A DNA stretch of 64,000 bases from contig JAWLHB010000002.1 of assembly GCA_041690595.1 (NCBI GenBank), forward strand, positions 248,001-312,000, read 5' to 3'. Shown here piece after piece: positions 50,590-60,046 of this stretch; the first letter of the stretch is position 1; every line of letters starts with the position of its first letter. A program made the position numbers and the translations under genes. Under the pieces are notes generated by a model. The model made no database searches. It saw only the letters and a program-made list of their open reading frames with translations, and was not told the DNA's origin. Origin of the DNA: Lentisphaeria bacterium. GTDB taxonomy: Bacteria; Verrucomicrobiota; Lentisphaeria; JABSQK01; JAWLHB01.

Positions 50590-53091
50590 ATGTCGAGTGA
50601 TACAGATGCCGCGGTCATGACGAGGTCTATCTTGCAACGTTATCTTCTGGTTCTTCTGCTGCTGATTGGGCTGACTGGCTTGCGCCTCCATGGCGCGCCG
50701 GCGGATGACATCGCAAAACTGGAACAAGCGATCCAGGCGGATCCCCCGCCCCCGGTCTCCCCGACCTCGCGGGCACTGGAAAATCTGCCGGAGAACACCG
50801 CGCTCTCCTGCGGCCCCTGGCAGTTGCGCCGCTACCTGCTCAAGGAAGTGACCACACCACTGCAGAAGCGCCTCGCCCCCAAACAGGAAAAAGCGGTGCA
50901 GCCTGTCCATCTGCTCCCTGTCGATTTCAGTGACAATCGCGACTTCTTCGCGCGTCCCCAAGGCTCCCTCTGGGGTTGGAATACCCTGCACGTCGAGCTG
51001 GAGTTCCCCGAAGGTTTCCCGGATGAAGCGGATCTCTACTTCTTCGTCAAGGACTGGGATGATCTGTGGCTGCATATCCGCAAACCCGTGACCAGCTCCG
51101 CCGGACAACGGCTGGTCTTTGCCTTGCCGATCTCCGGGAAGGCTGCCACCCAGGCCTGGACCCCGCGCGGCCATCAGCGCCCCTGGCATCAGTTGACACC
51201 GGATCAGCTATCCGAAGTCGGTATCAAGATCGCCGCTCCCGCCGGCATCGCGTCCACCTGGAAAGGAGACGTGAAGCTCCACGGTCTCACCTTGAGCCGA
51301 TCGCTGGAGAGCACCCAAAAGCCGCGCATCCATGACCTGCAGCGTCTGCCGGAAGTCCCACAGGTAGGGCGCATGGTCGAAATCTCCTTCCGCGTCAATC
51401 ATCTCTACAAAGACCCCTTCAATCCCGCGGATGTCGATCTGGCCGCCACCATCACCACCCCCAATGGCGACACCTATCGAACCAGAGCCTTCTACATGGA
51501 AGATTTCCTTTACGACGACAAGCCCCGGGGTTCGCGCCTGTTGACGCCACATGGCATGCCCCGCTTCGCGGTGCGCTTCACCCCCCGGCACCAGGGCTTC
51601 CACAAGGTGGCGATCGCCGGTCACCTTGGTAGCGTGGCGCTCGCCCTTCCTGAACTGGAAGTCGAAATTCTGCCCGAGACACAACCATGGAAGGGCTTTG
51701 TCAGGGTCTCCCCCCATGATGACCGGCTGCTGGTGAATTCCCGGGACAACTCGGAATATTGGGGCCTCGGCATGAACATGCGCTCCCCCAACGATACCCG
51801 CTATCATGAATCGTTCCCCTTCACCGAATGGGATGGACGCGATTTCGAAGTCTACGAGAAACTCCTGCCAAAATATGCGGCCGCCGGTATCAAGGTGATC
51901 GAGGTATGGATGTCTCCATGGTGGCTGGCTCTGGAGTGGATTCCGGATGCACCCGGCAACCATGGGCTCGGCTACATGAACCCATGGCGCGCCTGGAAAA
52001 TCGACCGCCTCATGATGCTCGCCGAGAAATACGACCTCCAGGTCATCCTCGTGATCAACAACCATGGGAAGTTCAGTGCATGGATCGACTCCGACTGGGC
52101 GCGCAACCCCTTCAACAAGGAGAATGGCGGGCCGCTTGTCACCCCCATGGAATACTTCAGCAAGCCCGTCGCCCGGGAAGCCTTCAAACGACTCGCCGAT
52201 TATATGGTGGCAAGATGGGGCTACTCATCCAATCTCCTCGCATGGAAGCTCTTCACCGAGATTGACCTCACTGGCGACAATCGACAATGGTACAAGGACC
52301 AGTCGGTGACGGACTGGCATCGCTTCGCTGCCCGCTACCTGAAGTCCATCGACCCCAACCAGCACCTGGTCACCACCCACTGGGCAACCTCCTATGAACT
52401 GGTCAACGAAGAGCTGGCCAAACTTCCGGAACTCGACATCCTCACTCTGGACATCTACTACGGTGGAAGCGGCGCCCGGCACCTCTTCAACTTCATGTTC
52501 TCCACTGCCAGTTTTGTCGACAGCATGAAGAAGCCGGCAATCATCACGGAATTCGGCGGCAGTCCGCACGGCGATACGCTGCCGCATATCCTCCACCAGC
52601 TCCACATGGGCTTGTGGGCGGGATACTTCACGAAGTTCCCCGTCAGTCCGTGCTTCTGGTGGTATCCCCTCGTGGAGGAGAAGAACCTCTACAGCTACTA
52701 CGAAAGCCTCGCCCACTTCGCGGCAGGAGAGAATCGCACCGGCGCCAAACGCGTCAATCGTACCCTGCGCGACGACCTCTACCTCTGCGAACTGCGCCAG
52801 GAAAATTCGCGCCTCTTCTGGCTCCTCGACACCAAGCACTACTTCGGCGGCAGCCTCACCATCCCCCCAACCGTGCACCGCACGGTCGATCTGGAGATGC
52901 CCGGATTGCCGGCCGGCACCTACGAGGTCGAATTCTGGGACTGCCGATCGGGCATCCGAATGCAGCAGGAACGTTGGCAGATTCAACCCGGCGACAGCTC
53001 CCCCAAGCTCAAGCTGCCCGTCTTCCAGTGCGATATCGCCGGCAAGATTCGGCGAGTTCAAGACGCGGCCAAGGAAACCGCCGCCGACTGA
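50590..53091 (+). CDS. Exported glycoside hydrolase (DUF5060-like domain plus GH5-like TIM barrel)
   Basis: Signal peptide; DPFNP.DVD, RFTP, YMVARWGYS, WKLFTE, ITEFG. Confidence 0.72.
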   Translation: MSSDTDAAVMTRSILQRYLLVLLLLIGLTGLRLHGAPADDIAKLEQAIQADPPPPVSPTSRALENLPENTALSCGPWQLRRYLLKEVTTPLQKRLAPKQEKAVQPVHLLPVDFSDNRDFFARPQGSLWGWNTLHVELEFPEGFPDEADLYFFVKDWDDLWLHIRKPVTSSAGQRLVFALPISGKAATQAWTPRGHQRPWHQLTPDQLSEVGIKIAAPAGIASTWKGDVKLHGLTLSRSLESTQKPRIHDLQRLPEVPQVGRMVEISFRVNHLYKDPFNPADVDLAATITTPNGDTYRTRAFYMEDFLYDDKPRGSRLLTPHGMPRFAVRFTPRHQGFHKVAIAGHLGSVALALPELEVEILPETQPWKGFVRVSPHDDRLLVNSRDNSEYWGLGMNMRSPNDTRYHESFPFTEWDGRDFEVYEKLLPKYAAAGIKVIEVWMSPWWLALEWIPDAPGNHGLGYMNPWRAWKIDRLMMLAEKYDLQVILVINNHGKFSAWIDSDWARNPFNKENGGPLVTPMEYFSKPVAREAFKRLADYMVARWGYSSNLLAWKLFTEIDLTGDNRQWYKDQSVTDWHRFAARYLKSIDPNQHLVTTHWATSYELVNEELAKLPELDILTLDIYYGGSGARHLFNFMFSTASFVDSMKKPAIITEFGGSPHGDTLPHILHQLHMGLWAGYFTKFPVSPCFWWYPLVEEKNLYSYYESLAHFAAGENRTGAKRVNRTLRDDLYLCELRQENSRLFWLLDTKHYFGGSLTIPPTVHRTVDLEMPGLPAGTYEVEFWDCRSGIRMQQERWQIQPGDSSPKLKLPVFQCDIAGKIRRVQDAAKETAAD

Positions 53092-53129
53092 AAACGCGAA
53101 GCAGAACGCATACGCAAATGAGGCACATC

Positions 53130-53588
53130 ATGAGCGACAGCCTGGACCACGGCCTACTCCTGGAGACCGCGTTGGCGGAGGCGCGGGATGGCCTGCGCGA
53201 AGGTGGCATCCCCATCGGCGCAGCCATCTTCGACCGGAGCGGAACCTTGCTTGGACGCGGCCGGAATCGCCGCGTACAGGAGGGTGATCCTTCGGCGCAT
53301 GCCGAGGTGGACGCCTTCCGCAACGCCGGCCGCCAGCCCTCCTATGCGGGCACGATCATGGTCACCACCCTCGCGCCATGCTGGTACTGCAGCGGCCTGA
53401 TCCGCCAGTTCAGAATCCCCCTGGTGCTGGTGGGTGAATCGAGAAATTTCCAAGGTGGCATGGCGTGGTTGCGCCAGTGTGGGATCGAGGTGATCGACCT
53501 TGACTCGGCGCCATGCTACGACATGCTCAGCCTCTATATCGCCGACCATCCGCGCGTCTGGAACGAAGACATCGGCGAGGCTACCTAA
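53130..53588 (+). CDS. Zn-dependent nucleoside/cytosine deaminase (FCY1-like)
   Basis: EGGIPIG, HAE, PCWYC, WNEDIGE. Confidence 0.9.
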   Translation: MSDSLDHGLLLETALAEARDGLREGGIPIGAAIFDRSGTLLGRGRNRRVQEGDPSAHAEVDAFRNAGRQPSYAGTIMVTTLAPCWYCSGLIRQFRIPLVLVGESRNFQGGMAWLRQCGIEVIDLDSAPCYDMLSLYIADHPRVWNEDIGEAT

Positions 53589-55702
53589 GCCGTATCGTCC
53601 TTGCCGGTTGGCGGCTCGATGTCGGTGTCCAGCCGCCTGGTCGGCTGGCGCTGCCACGGTTCGGTCCGCGGCTCCGGTGCCTGCAGAAGCTGGGTACGCT
53701 CCGGCATGGCATCATGAACCCGCGTGTGGAGACCGGTGGCGGCCTGACGCGAAGCAATCGCGGAAGTCTGACAGGCAGCCAGGACAGTGGCGACCTCGGC
53801 CATGTCGCGGGGGCGGTCGCGAGGATCCTTCCGGAGGCAGCCCATCACAAGGTCCGCCAGTGCCGGGTCGAGATCGGGATGGCGGTCCGAAATGGGCGAG
53901 GCTTCTTCCTCCAGGTGACCATGCAGAATGCGCGGAACTTCCGGCCATGAAAAGGGGGGGCGCCCGGAAAGCAGATGGTAGAGGGTGGCTCCAAAACTGT
54001 AGATGTCGCTCTTGGGCGTGATTGCCTGGCACCGAATCTGTTCCGGGGACATGTACTGGGGTGTGCCGACAAGCATGCCGGCCTGTGTCAGATGCGGCGC
54101 GTCCGTCTTGCTGGCGATGCCGAAGTCCGTTAGCTTCGGGATTGCCGTGGCGGTGAGCATGATATTGCTCGGCTTGAGATCGCGATGAACAACCCCCAGC
54201 TGGTGCGCCTGATAGAGTGCCCAGGCGATCCCTTCACAGGTCCGCACCACCTCCTGCTGCGTCATCCTGTGCTGCTCCTCCAGGACCTCACCCAGACTCT
54301 TGCCCGAAATGTACTCCATCGCATAATAGGGCTGCCCCGATACCTCACCCGCGTCGATAATGCGCACGATGTTCGGGTGATTCAGCTCCCGCAGCAGATC
54401 CATTTCCCGCAGAAAACGCTGCACGGCCTGCTCGTCGGCGGCATAGTGCGGCAGCATCTGCTTGAGGGCGACCACTTCCTTGGTCCGTGGATGGCGAGCC
54501 AGGTAGACCACCGCCATCCCACCGTGGCCAAGCTCGCGGATGAGCTGATACGGCCCCACCTGCGTGTGCAGCACCATCGGCTGGCGGGCAGGAAGACCCG
54601 CCAGTATATACCCCAGCGGCATCGCCACCATGCCATACGACATGTCCACGCTGACCCCGTGGTAGACCATCAGCCAGATCGCCACCACCATGATGCCGAC
54701 CGCCATGCAGCCGTACCCGATGACCACCGCCAGCCCCGATCGAAACATGGCAAGATAGGCAGCTATCGCGGCAATGACCATGGCCAGCAAGGCCTGCGCC
54801 TGCCGCGCCATATCGCGGCAATAACGACCGTTCAGCAGAGAGGCCAGGACATTGGCATGGATCTCGACCCCGGCACACAGTTCGTCACCCTTGGCCAGCG
54901 GGGTGGCGAAAAACTCCTTGGCTTCGGTCAACGTCACGCCGATCAGCACGATCTTCCCCTCGAAAAGCCCAGGTTCGCTGAGCAGGGCATTCCCCGAAAG
55001 CACATCGGTGGCGGAGACCGAGGCAAAACTCCCGCCACCACCCACATAGTCGATCCCATGCTCCGCATCGAGTCGCAGCAGCGGATAGCTGCCGGTATGC
55101 ATGCGGTGCAGCTCCATCGCCAGCGCGTAATGGTCGTCGCCGAAGATCTCCAGGCGTGGCTTGAAGCGACGCACGACATGGTCCCGGTCGAAGGGCAGGT
55201 TCACCAGAGCGACCCGCGCCCGATCGCGGAAGAGCGGCAAGAGCAGGCGCATCTGCTGAAGCTCGGCCGCCCCGCCAGCCACCCGCCGATCCGTCGCGTC
55301 CAGCTTGGCCCCAAGCACAACATTCGGGTACTCCTGAAGCGCGCTGGCAAAGCGTTCGTCCTCGCCGGGGTCGGTGCGGTCGAGGAAGAGCATGTCGAAG
55401 CCGATTGCCGTGGCGCCGCCGCCGTCCACCGCGGCGAGGAGGTCGGCGTAGAGCGACCGCGGCCATGGCCAGGCGATGCCCAGCTCACTCTGGGTCTCCT
55501 CGTCGATCAGCACCAGCACGATGCGACTGCGCACGCTGCTGGTGTCACGAAGCTCGGAACGCACGTCGAGCAGAAAGTCGTAGACCTGGTGATCGATCGG
55601 CTCGAAGAGGCGTATCCAGGCAAGGCCACCGATCAGGAGGATGGCGATGATGCCGCCGGCGACGCCATGGTAGAGCGGTCGCCTGGAGCCTGGCTCGTTC
55701 AT
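53585..55702 (-). CDS. CHASE2-domain membrane Ser/Thr protein kinase
   Basis: CHASE2 (IDE, WPWPR, IGFDMLF, GVEIHA), three TMs, kinase GHGGMAVVY, VALK, HRDLKPSN, DFG, GTPQYMSPE. Confidence 0.95.
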   Translation of the reverse strand: MNEPGSRRPLYHGVAGGIIAILLIGGLAWIRLFEPIDHQVYDFLLDVRSELRDTSSVRSRIVLVLIDEETQSELGIAWPWPRSLYADLLAAVDGGGATAIGFDMLFLDRTDPGEDERFASALQEYPNVVLGAKLDATDRRVAGGAAELQQMRLLLPLFRDRARVALVNLPFDRDHVVRRFKPRLEIFGDDHYALAMELHRMHTGSYPLLRLDAEHGIDYVGGGGSFASVSATDVLSGNALLSEPGLFEGKIVLIGVTLTEAKEFFATPLAKGDELCAGVEIHANVLASLLNGRYCRDMARQAQALLAMVIAAIAAYLAMFRSGLAVVIGYGCMAVGIMVVAIWLMVYHGVSVDMSYGMVAMPLGYILAGLPARQPMVLHTQVGPYQLIRELGHGGMAVVYLARHPRTKEVVALKQMLPHYAADEQAVQRFLREMDLLRELNHPNIVRIIDAGEVSGQPYYAMEYISGKSLGEVLEEQHRMTQQEVVRTCEGIAWALYQAHQLGVVHRDLKPSNIMLTATAIPKLTDFGIASKTDAPHLTQAGMLVGTPQYMSPEQIRCQAITPKSDIYSFGATLYHLLSGRPPFSWPEVPRILHGHLEEEASPISDRHPDLDPALADLVMGCLRKDPRDRPRDMAEVATVLAACQTSAIASRQAATGLHTRVHDAMPERTQLLQAPEPRTEPWQRQPTRRLDTDIEPPTGKDDTA

Positions 55703-55706
55703 GATC

Positions 55707-56849
55707 TCATTCCAGTTCTCGCTGGAGCGCCCGCAGACGCCCCATGGTGACCAGCCGTTCATTGTCATCGTGGCTGGAGGCGACCCCATCGCGTCCCCGG
55801 CTGTGCAGGTAGAAGCCCATGACCCGATCGCCCCGCTTCAGGTGATAGACGCAATATTCGTTGCCATACGGATCCTTGAAGTCGCTCTGGATGTACGGCC
55901 CCTTCCACTCCGCAAGCGGTTGCCCCGCATGGTCCACATTCTCGACGAGGCCGCGCAGCGTCACCGCACCGGATGACTTCCGCGCTCCCTCTCCGGGCAG
56001 GAACTGCGTATCGCGGTAAAGGCGAGCGATGGCCAGTTGCAGCTTGTCGAAGTCCTCGTCCATCTTCTTGCGTGCCCGATCCTCCGCAATGGCCCCGCGA
56101 AGCTCGTCCCGAACGTCCGAAACCCGCTGATCTTCGATTCTGGCCATCTCGACCGCGCCGCCGCCAAGAACACTGGCCAGCCCCAGTCCCTGCAACTGCT
56201 CGTTGAACTGCTGCTTCTCGCGCTCGCGGGCAGCTTCCATCTTCAGCATGGTCTGCTTGTCGGGCGGCTTGTTGAAAAGCACCTCGATCTGGAAGCCCGC
56301 GGGCACGTCCACCGTCTGCTCCCTCAACGGCTCCTGATACGCGGAGACGCGCACCTCCCCTTCCCAGACGCCGATGGTGCTGTTGCGGGTCTGGGGATCC
56401 GATTCGACAAAATACTCAGTCCCCCGCACTGCCGCGATGGCAGCCGGTGTATAGATCGAGAAGGAACTCGTGTCGTTCTTCTTGAACTTGGCCCACAGCT
56501 TGCCGACCAGGAGGCCGATCAAGCTCTTCCCCCCCTGCTCATCCTCATCACCGCCCTGCATGGTGTGCAGATAGACGAGACTGTATTCGTGCACCGTGAC
56601 GACCGCCTCTCCCGGGAATCGCAGGACCACCTTGGCATCCGCACCCGTGCGCAGATAGCTGCGCAGGGGCAACTCCGCCGCCTTCTCCAGCTTCTTCCAG
56701 GGGCCCTTCTGGGTCGTTCCATAGCCGGCCTGACCTTCAACCTGAACCGCCGTTGCGGTGATCTCCGCCCGCACCGACGAAAAAGCCACGAAGAGCGCGC
56801 AGCCCAGGAAGAGAAGAAGAGTGACATGCACCGGACAGTGAGTACGCAT
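55707..56849 (-). CDS. Exported FecR-domain protein with C-terminal GspG(T2SSG)-like domain
   Basis: Signal peptide; RTGADA, TPAAIAAVRGTEY, VWEGEVRV; C-term WKGPYI...DPYGNEY...SRGRDG...DD; GGAGGA RBS. Confidence 0.85.
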   Translation of the reverse strand: MRTHCPVHVTLLLFLGCALFVAFSSVRAEITATAVQVEGQAGYGTTQKGPWKKLEKAAELPLRSYLRTGADAKVVLRFPGEAVVTVHEYSLVYLHTMQGGDEDEQGGKSLIGLLVGKLWAKFKKNDTSSFSIYTPAAIAAVRGTEYFVESDPQTRNSTIGVWEGEVRVSAYQEPLREQTVDVPAGFQIEVLFNKPPDKQTMLKMEAAREREKQQFNEQLQGLGLASVLGGGAVEMARIEDQRVSDVRDELRGAIAEDRARKKMDEDFDKLQLAIARLYRDTQFLPGEGARKSSGAVTLRGLVENVDHAGQPLAEWKGPYIQSDFKDPYGNEYCVYHLKRGDRVMGFYLHSRGRDGVASSHDDNERLVTMGRLRALQRELE

Positions 56850-57063
56850 CTTGATCCTCCGCTGGTAGATCAGGTTGTCGCATGCCGGTTGCGCTCGCAA
56901 CCGCTACCCGTGAATCTATCTAACTCCGACCCGAATTGCAAGAATGGCTCACGCCATGACGGAAGCCAAGCTCCCGCAACCCCAGCATTTCAGCACGGAA
57001 ACTCCAGGCGATCTGCCGCTTGTGGAGTATAGTTCCCACTGACCGCACTGGAGAACCTGCGCC

Positions 57064-57795
57064 ATGACTCGCTACTTGAAACAAACTCGCACCGCCACCT
57101 ATGGCTTCTGGGCTGCCATGCCGCTGCTCATTGCCTACGAATGGCTGATCATCATCGCCAATAACCATGCCTCCATCTCCGTGCGGGTCGGAGCCGATGT
57201 CTGGATAAAGCGCATGCTCGGCTCCCTCGGCGTTCGCGGACATCTCATCCTGGGCGCGCTCGTGGCGACCATCGGGCTCATCATCTTCTTTCGCGAACGC
57301 AAACAGAACATCGAGCTGAAGGGAGCCTATTTCATCGGCATCCTGGCGGAGAGCATCGTCTACGCCATCGTTGTGACCATGGTGATCACCACCATGATCA
57401 ACCGGCTCTTCATCCCCGCCATCGCCCCCATGCTGGCAGCCGGCCAGGGAGGCATCACCACGATGACGCACCTTGCTCTCTCCATCGGCGCCGGCCTCTA
57501 CGAAGAGCTGCTCTTCCGCGTCCTCATCTTCGGCGCCATCTTTCTGGTGCTGGATCGGCTGACCGCCAAACGCGTACCCGCCATCTGCGTCGCCACACTC
57601 ATCTCCGCCCTCCTCTTCAGCGCCGCCCATCATGTCGGCTCACTTGGCGACGACTGGACAGCCCCCGTCTTCCTCTACCGCTTCCTCTATGGCATTGCCC
57701 TCCAGCTCCTTTACCTGGGCCGCGGTTTTGGCGTTGCCGCCTGGACTCATGCATTGTACGACATTATGGTCGTCCTCATCAAGGGAGAACTCTGA
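57064..57795 (+). CDS. CPBP (CAAX/Abi) intramembrane glutamic protease
   Basis: EELLFR, FSAAHH, HALYD. Confidence 0.9.
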   Translation: MTRYLKQTRTATYGFWAAMPLLIAYEWLIIIANNHASISVRVGADVWIKRMLGSLGVRGHLILGALVATIGLIIFFRERKQNIELKGAYFIGILAESIVYAIVVTMVITTMINRLFIPAIAPMLAAGQGGITTMTHLALSIGAGLYEELLFRVLIFGAIFLVLDRLTAKRVPAICVATLISALLFSAAHHVGSLGDDWTAPVFLYRFLYGIALQLLYLGRGFGVAAWTHALYDIMVVLIKGEL

Positions 57796-58703
57796 TGCCC
57801 CAAAGCGACAAGGATATCTACTACTACGATCGGGCCAGCGGTCGGCTCGAACGGGAGACCGTCTACGGCGAGCGCTTCGTCAAATGGGCCTATCAGGAAG
57901 GTGGCAAACCGCTCCTGCACCGCCTCCTCTTCACTTCCCCCCTCCCATCCCGCCTGCTCGGCCACTATTTCAACTCACGCTTCTCTCGCCATCGCATCCG
58001 CCCCGCCATCGATCTGCTCAAGATCGACACCAGCGAGTTCCGCGATCCCGTCGAAAGCTTCTCCTCCTTCAATCACTTCTTCACCCGCCACCTCAAACCC
58101 GAAGCAAGACCCTTTGACCACGCACCGGACGTGCTGGTTTCGCCCGCCGATGGGCGCACCCTCGTCTTTCCCTGTGTCGATGGCGATACCGCCGTCCCCG
58201 TGAAAGGCAAGAGCTTTTCCGTGCAGGAGCTTCTGCAGCGCGACGCGCCGGATTTCCGCGGCGGCGTCGTCATCGTCATCCGCCTCTGCCCCGCCGACTA
58301 CCACCGCTATCATTTCCCCTGCGCCGGCACGGTGACCGACCAGTACGACATCCCCGGCGCCTATCATTCCGTCAATCCCGTCGCCCTCGCCGCCGGATTC
58401 GACGTCTTTACCGAGAATCGCCGCGCTTGTTGCCTGCTGGAAACTGCCCAGTTCGGCAGCATCGCTTTCATCGAAGTCGGCGCCTTCGGGGTTGCCGGCA
58501 TTGTCCAGACCTATGCCGGCACCAAAGTCAGCAAGATGGACGAGAAGGGCTACTTCACCTTCGGCGGCTCGACCATCATCCTCGCTATTCAGGCAGGCAG
58601 GATCGTACCATCGGCCGATCTGCTCGCGCAGTCGGCCAATGGACGGGAGACTCTGGTCAAGGTCGGCGAGACGATCGGCCGCGCCGTCAATCCCCACGCG
58701 TAA
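57795..58703 (+). CDS. psd: Phosphatidylserine decarboxylase
   Basis: [35 protein letters not shown] self-cleavage motif. Confidence 0.94.
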   Translation: MPQSDKDIYYYDRASGRLERETVYGERFVKWAYQEGGKPLLHRLLFTSPLPSRLLGHYFNSRFSRHRIRPAIDLLKIDTSEFRDPVESFSSFNHFFTRHLKPEARPFDHAPDVLVSPADGRTLVFPCVDGDTAVPVKGKSFSVQELLQRDAPDFRGGVVIVIRLCPADYHRYHFPCAGTVTDQYDIPGAYHSVNPVALAAGFDVFTENRRACCLLETAQFGSIAFIEVGAFGVAGIVQTYAGTKVSKMDEKGYFTFGGSTIILAIQAGRIVPSADLLAQSANGRETLVKVGETIGRAVNPHA

Positions 58704-59955
58704 AGAGGACGCTCTCCTCGTACTCGCGGATCCGCGTCAGCCAGTTGATGCCAACCGGCACATTCTCGCGCAGGCAGTAGTAGTCCCACACCGCCCCGAA
58801 CGGCATCGTCTTCAGCTCCTCCAGAAGGGCCAGACGCTTGGTGAAATCCCCCTCGACCTCGTACTCGCGCAGGATCTCGGTCGGCTCCAGCAACGCCATC
58901 ATCAGCGCCTTCAGCATCGCCCGCGTGCCGATCGTCCAGGCCGCCACCCGATTGATGCTGGCGTCGAAAAAGTCGAGCCCGATGTGCACGCGGCCGAAGT
59001 AGTCGTTGCGCGCCACTTCCTGGGCCAGCGAATGCAGATCGTCTGAGAGGATCACCACATGGTCGCTGTCCCAGCGCACCCCGCGACTCACATGCAGGAT
59101 GACCTCATCCACGAAGAGCAGAACCGACGACAATTTGTCGTAGATCACCTCGGTCGGATGAAAGTGACCCGCATCCAGGCAGAGCATGACCTCATTCTCT
59201 ACCGCATAACCAAGATAGAACTCATGCGAGCCAATGACGCAGCTCTCCGAGCCGATTCCGAAAAGCTTCGACTCCACCGCGTCCCGGTGGTGGCGGGGGT
59301 CCAGCTTCTCCGCGAACATCTCGTTCAGCGACTCCTTCAGCAGCGCGCGATGCCGCGCCCGATCGATCGGGATATCCTTGTAGCCATCGGGTATCCATAC
59401 GTTGGTGATACAGGGGGTGCCCAGCTGACTCCCCATCGCGGCGCTGATCGTGCGGCAGCGTTTGCCATGCTCGATCCAGAAGCGGCGAATGTCCGCGTCC
59501 ATGCTGGCAAGCGTGAAGCCGTCAGCCGCCTTTGGGTGCGAAAAGAAGGTCTGGTTGAAGTCCAGCCCGATTCCCTGCTCCTTCGCCCAGTCGATCCAGC
59601 CCTGAAAGTGCTCCACCCCGATCTCGTCGCGGTCCACGTGCTTGCCGCCGAACTCGCCGTAAATAGCATGCAGGTTGAGCCTGTGTTTGCCGGGAAGCAG
59701 GCTGTACGCCTCTTCCAGATCCTGCCGCAGCTCGTCGGGCGTGCGGGCCTTCCCCGGATAGTTGCCGGTCGCCATGATGCCGCCACCGGTCAGTCCGGCA
59801 CTGCTTTCAAAACCACCGACGTCGTCCCCCTGCCAGCAGTGCAGCGAGATCGGCACCTCGGCAAGCGTATCCATCGCGGCCTCGGTATCGACGCCAAGCT
59901 CCTCGTATATCTCCTGCGCTTCGGCATAGCGACGCTCGATTCTGCTCTCACTCAT
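58687..59955 (-). CDS. rhaA: L-rhamnose isomerase
   Basis: [51 protein letters not shown]. Confidence 0.96.
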   Translation of the reverse strand: MSESRIERRYAEAQEIYEELGVDTEAAMDTLAEVPISLHCWQGDDVGGFESSAGLTGGGIMATGNYPGKARTPDELRQDLEEAYSLLPGKHRLNLHAIYGEFGGKHVDRDEIGVEHFQGWIDWAKEQGIGLDFNQTFFSHPKAADGFTLASMDADIRRFWIEHGKRCRTISAAMGSQLGTPCITNVWIPDGYKDIPIDRARHRALLKESLNEMFAEKLDPRHHRDAVESKLFGIGSESCVIGSHEFYLGYAVENEVMLCLDAGHFHPTEVIYDKLSSVLLFVDEVILHVSRGVRWDSDHVVILSDDLHSLAQEVARNDYFGRVHIGLDFFDASINRVAAWTIGTRAMLKALMMALLEPTEILREYEVEGDFTKRLALLEELKTMPFGAVWDYYCLRENVPVGINWLTRIREYEESVLFTRGD

Positions 59956-60004
59956 GATCAGCTTCCTTACTGGTGATAAAAGATGGCCATTCCCTACTTC
60001 TGCA

Positions 60005-60033
60005 AGAATAGTAGGCTGCCCCGAAAATGTCAA
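60005..60033 (-). promoter_or_regulatory. Sigma70 promoter of rhaA
   Basis: TTGACA-N17-TATTCT on minus strand. Confidence 0.7.
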
Positions 60034-60046
60034 CCACGCTGCACAC

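Noticed and set aside
52614..53117. Extended N-terminus of the deaminase
   Set aside because: Overlaps the upstream hydrolase in another frame; deaminase homology begins near 53130.
53585..55702. Horizontally acquired island based on weaker C-skew in the kinase gene
   Set aside because: Only a few lines sampled, the adjacent FecR gene has the regional skew, and there are no mobility genes or flanking repeats.
57064..57795. Abortive-infection defence role for the CPBP/Abi gene
   Set aside because: Family name is historical; context (coupled to psd) suggests membrane housekeeping.
59956..60033. TTG start of rhaA at 60033
   Set aside because: That TTG is the -35 box; RhaA homology fits ATG 59955.
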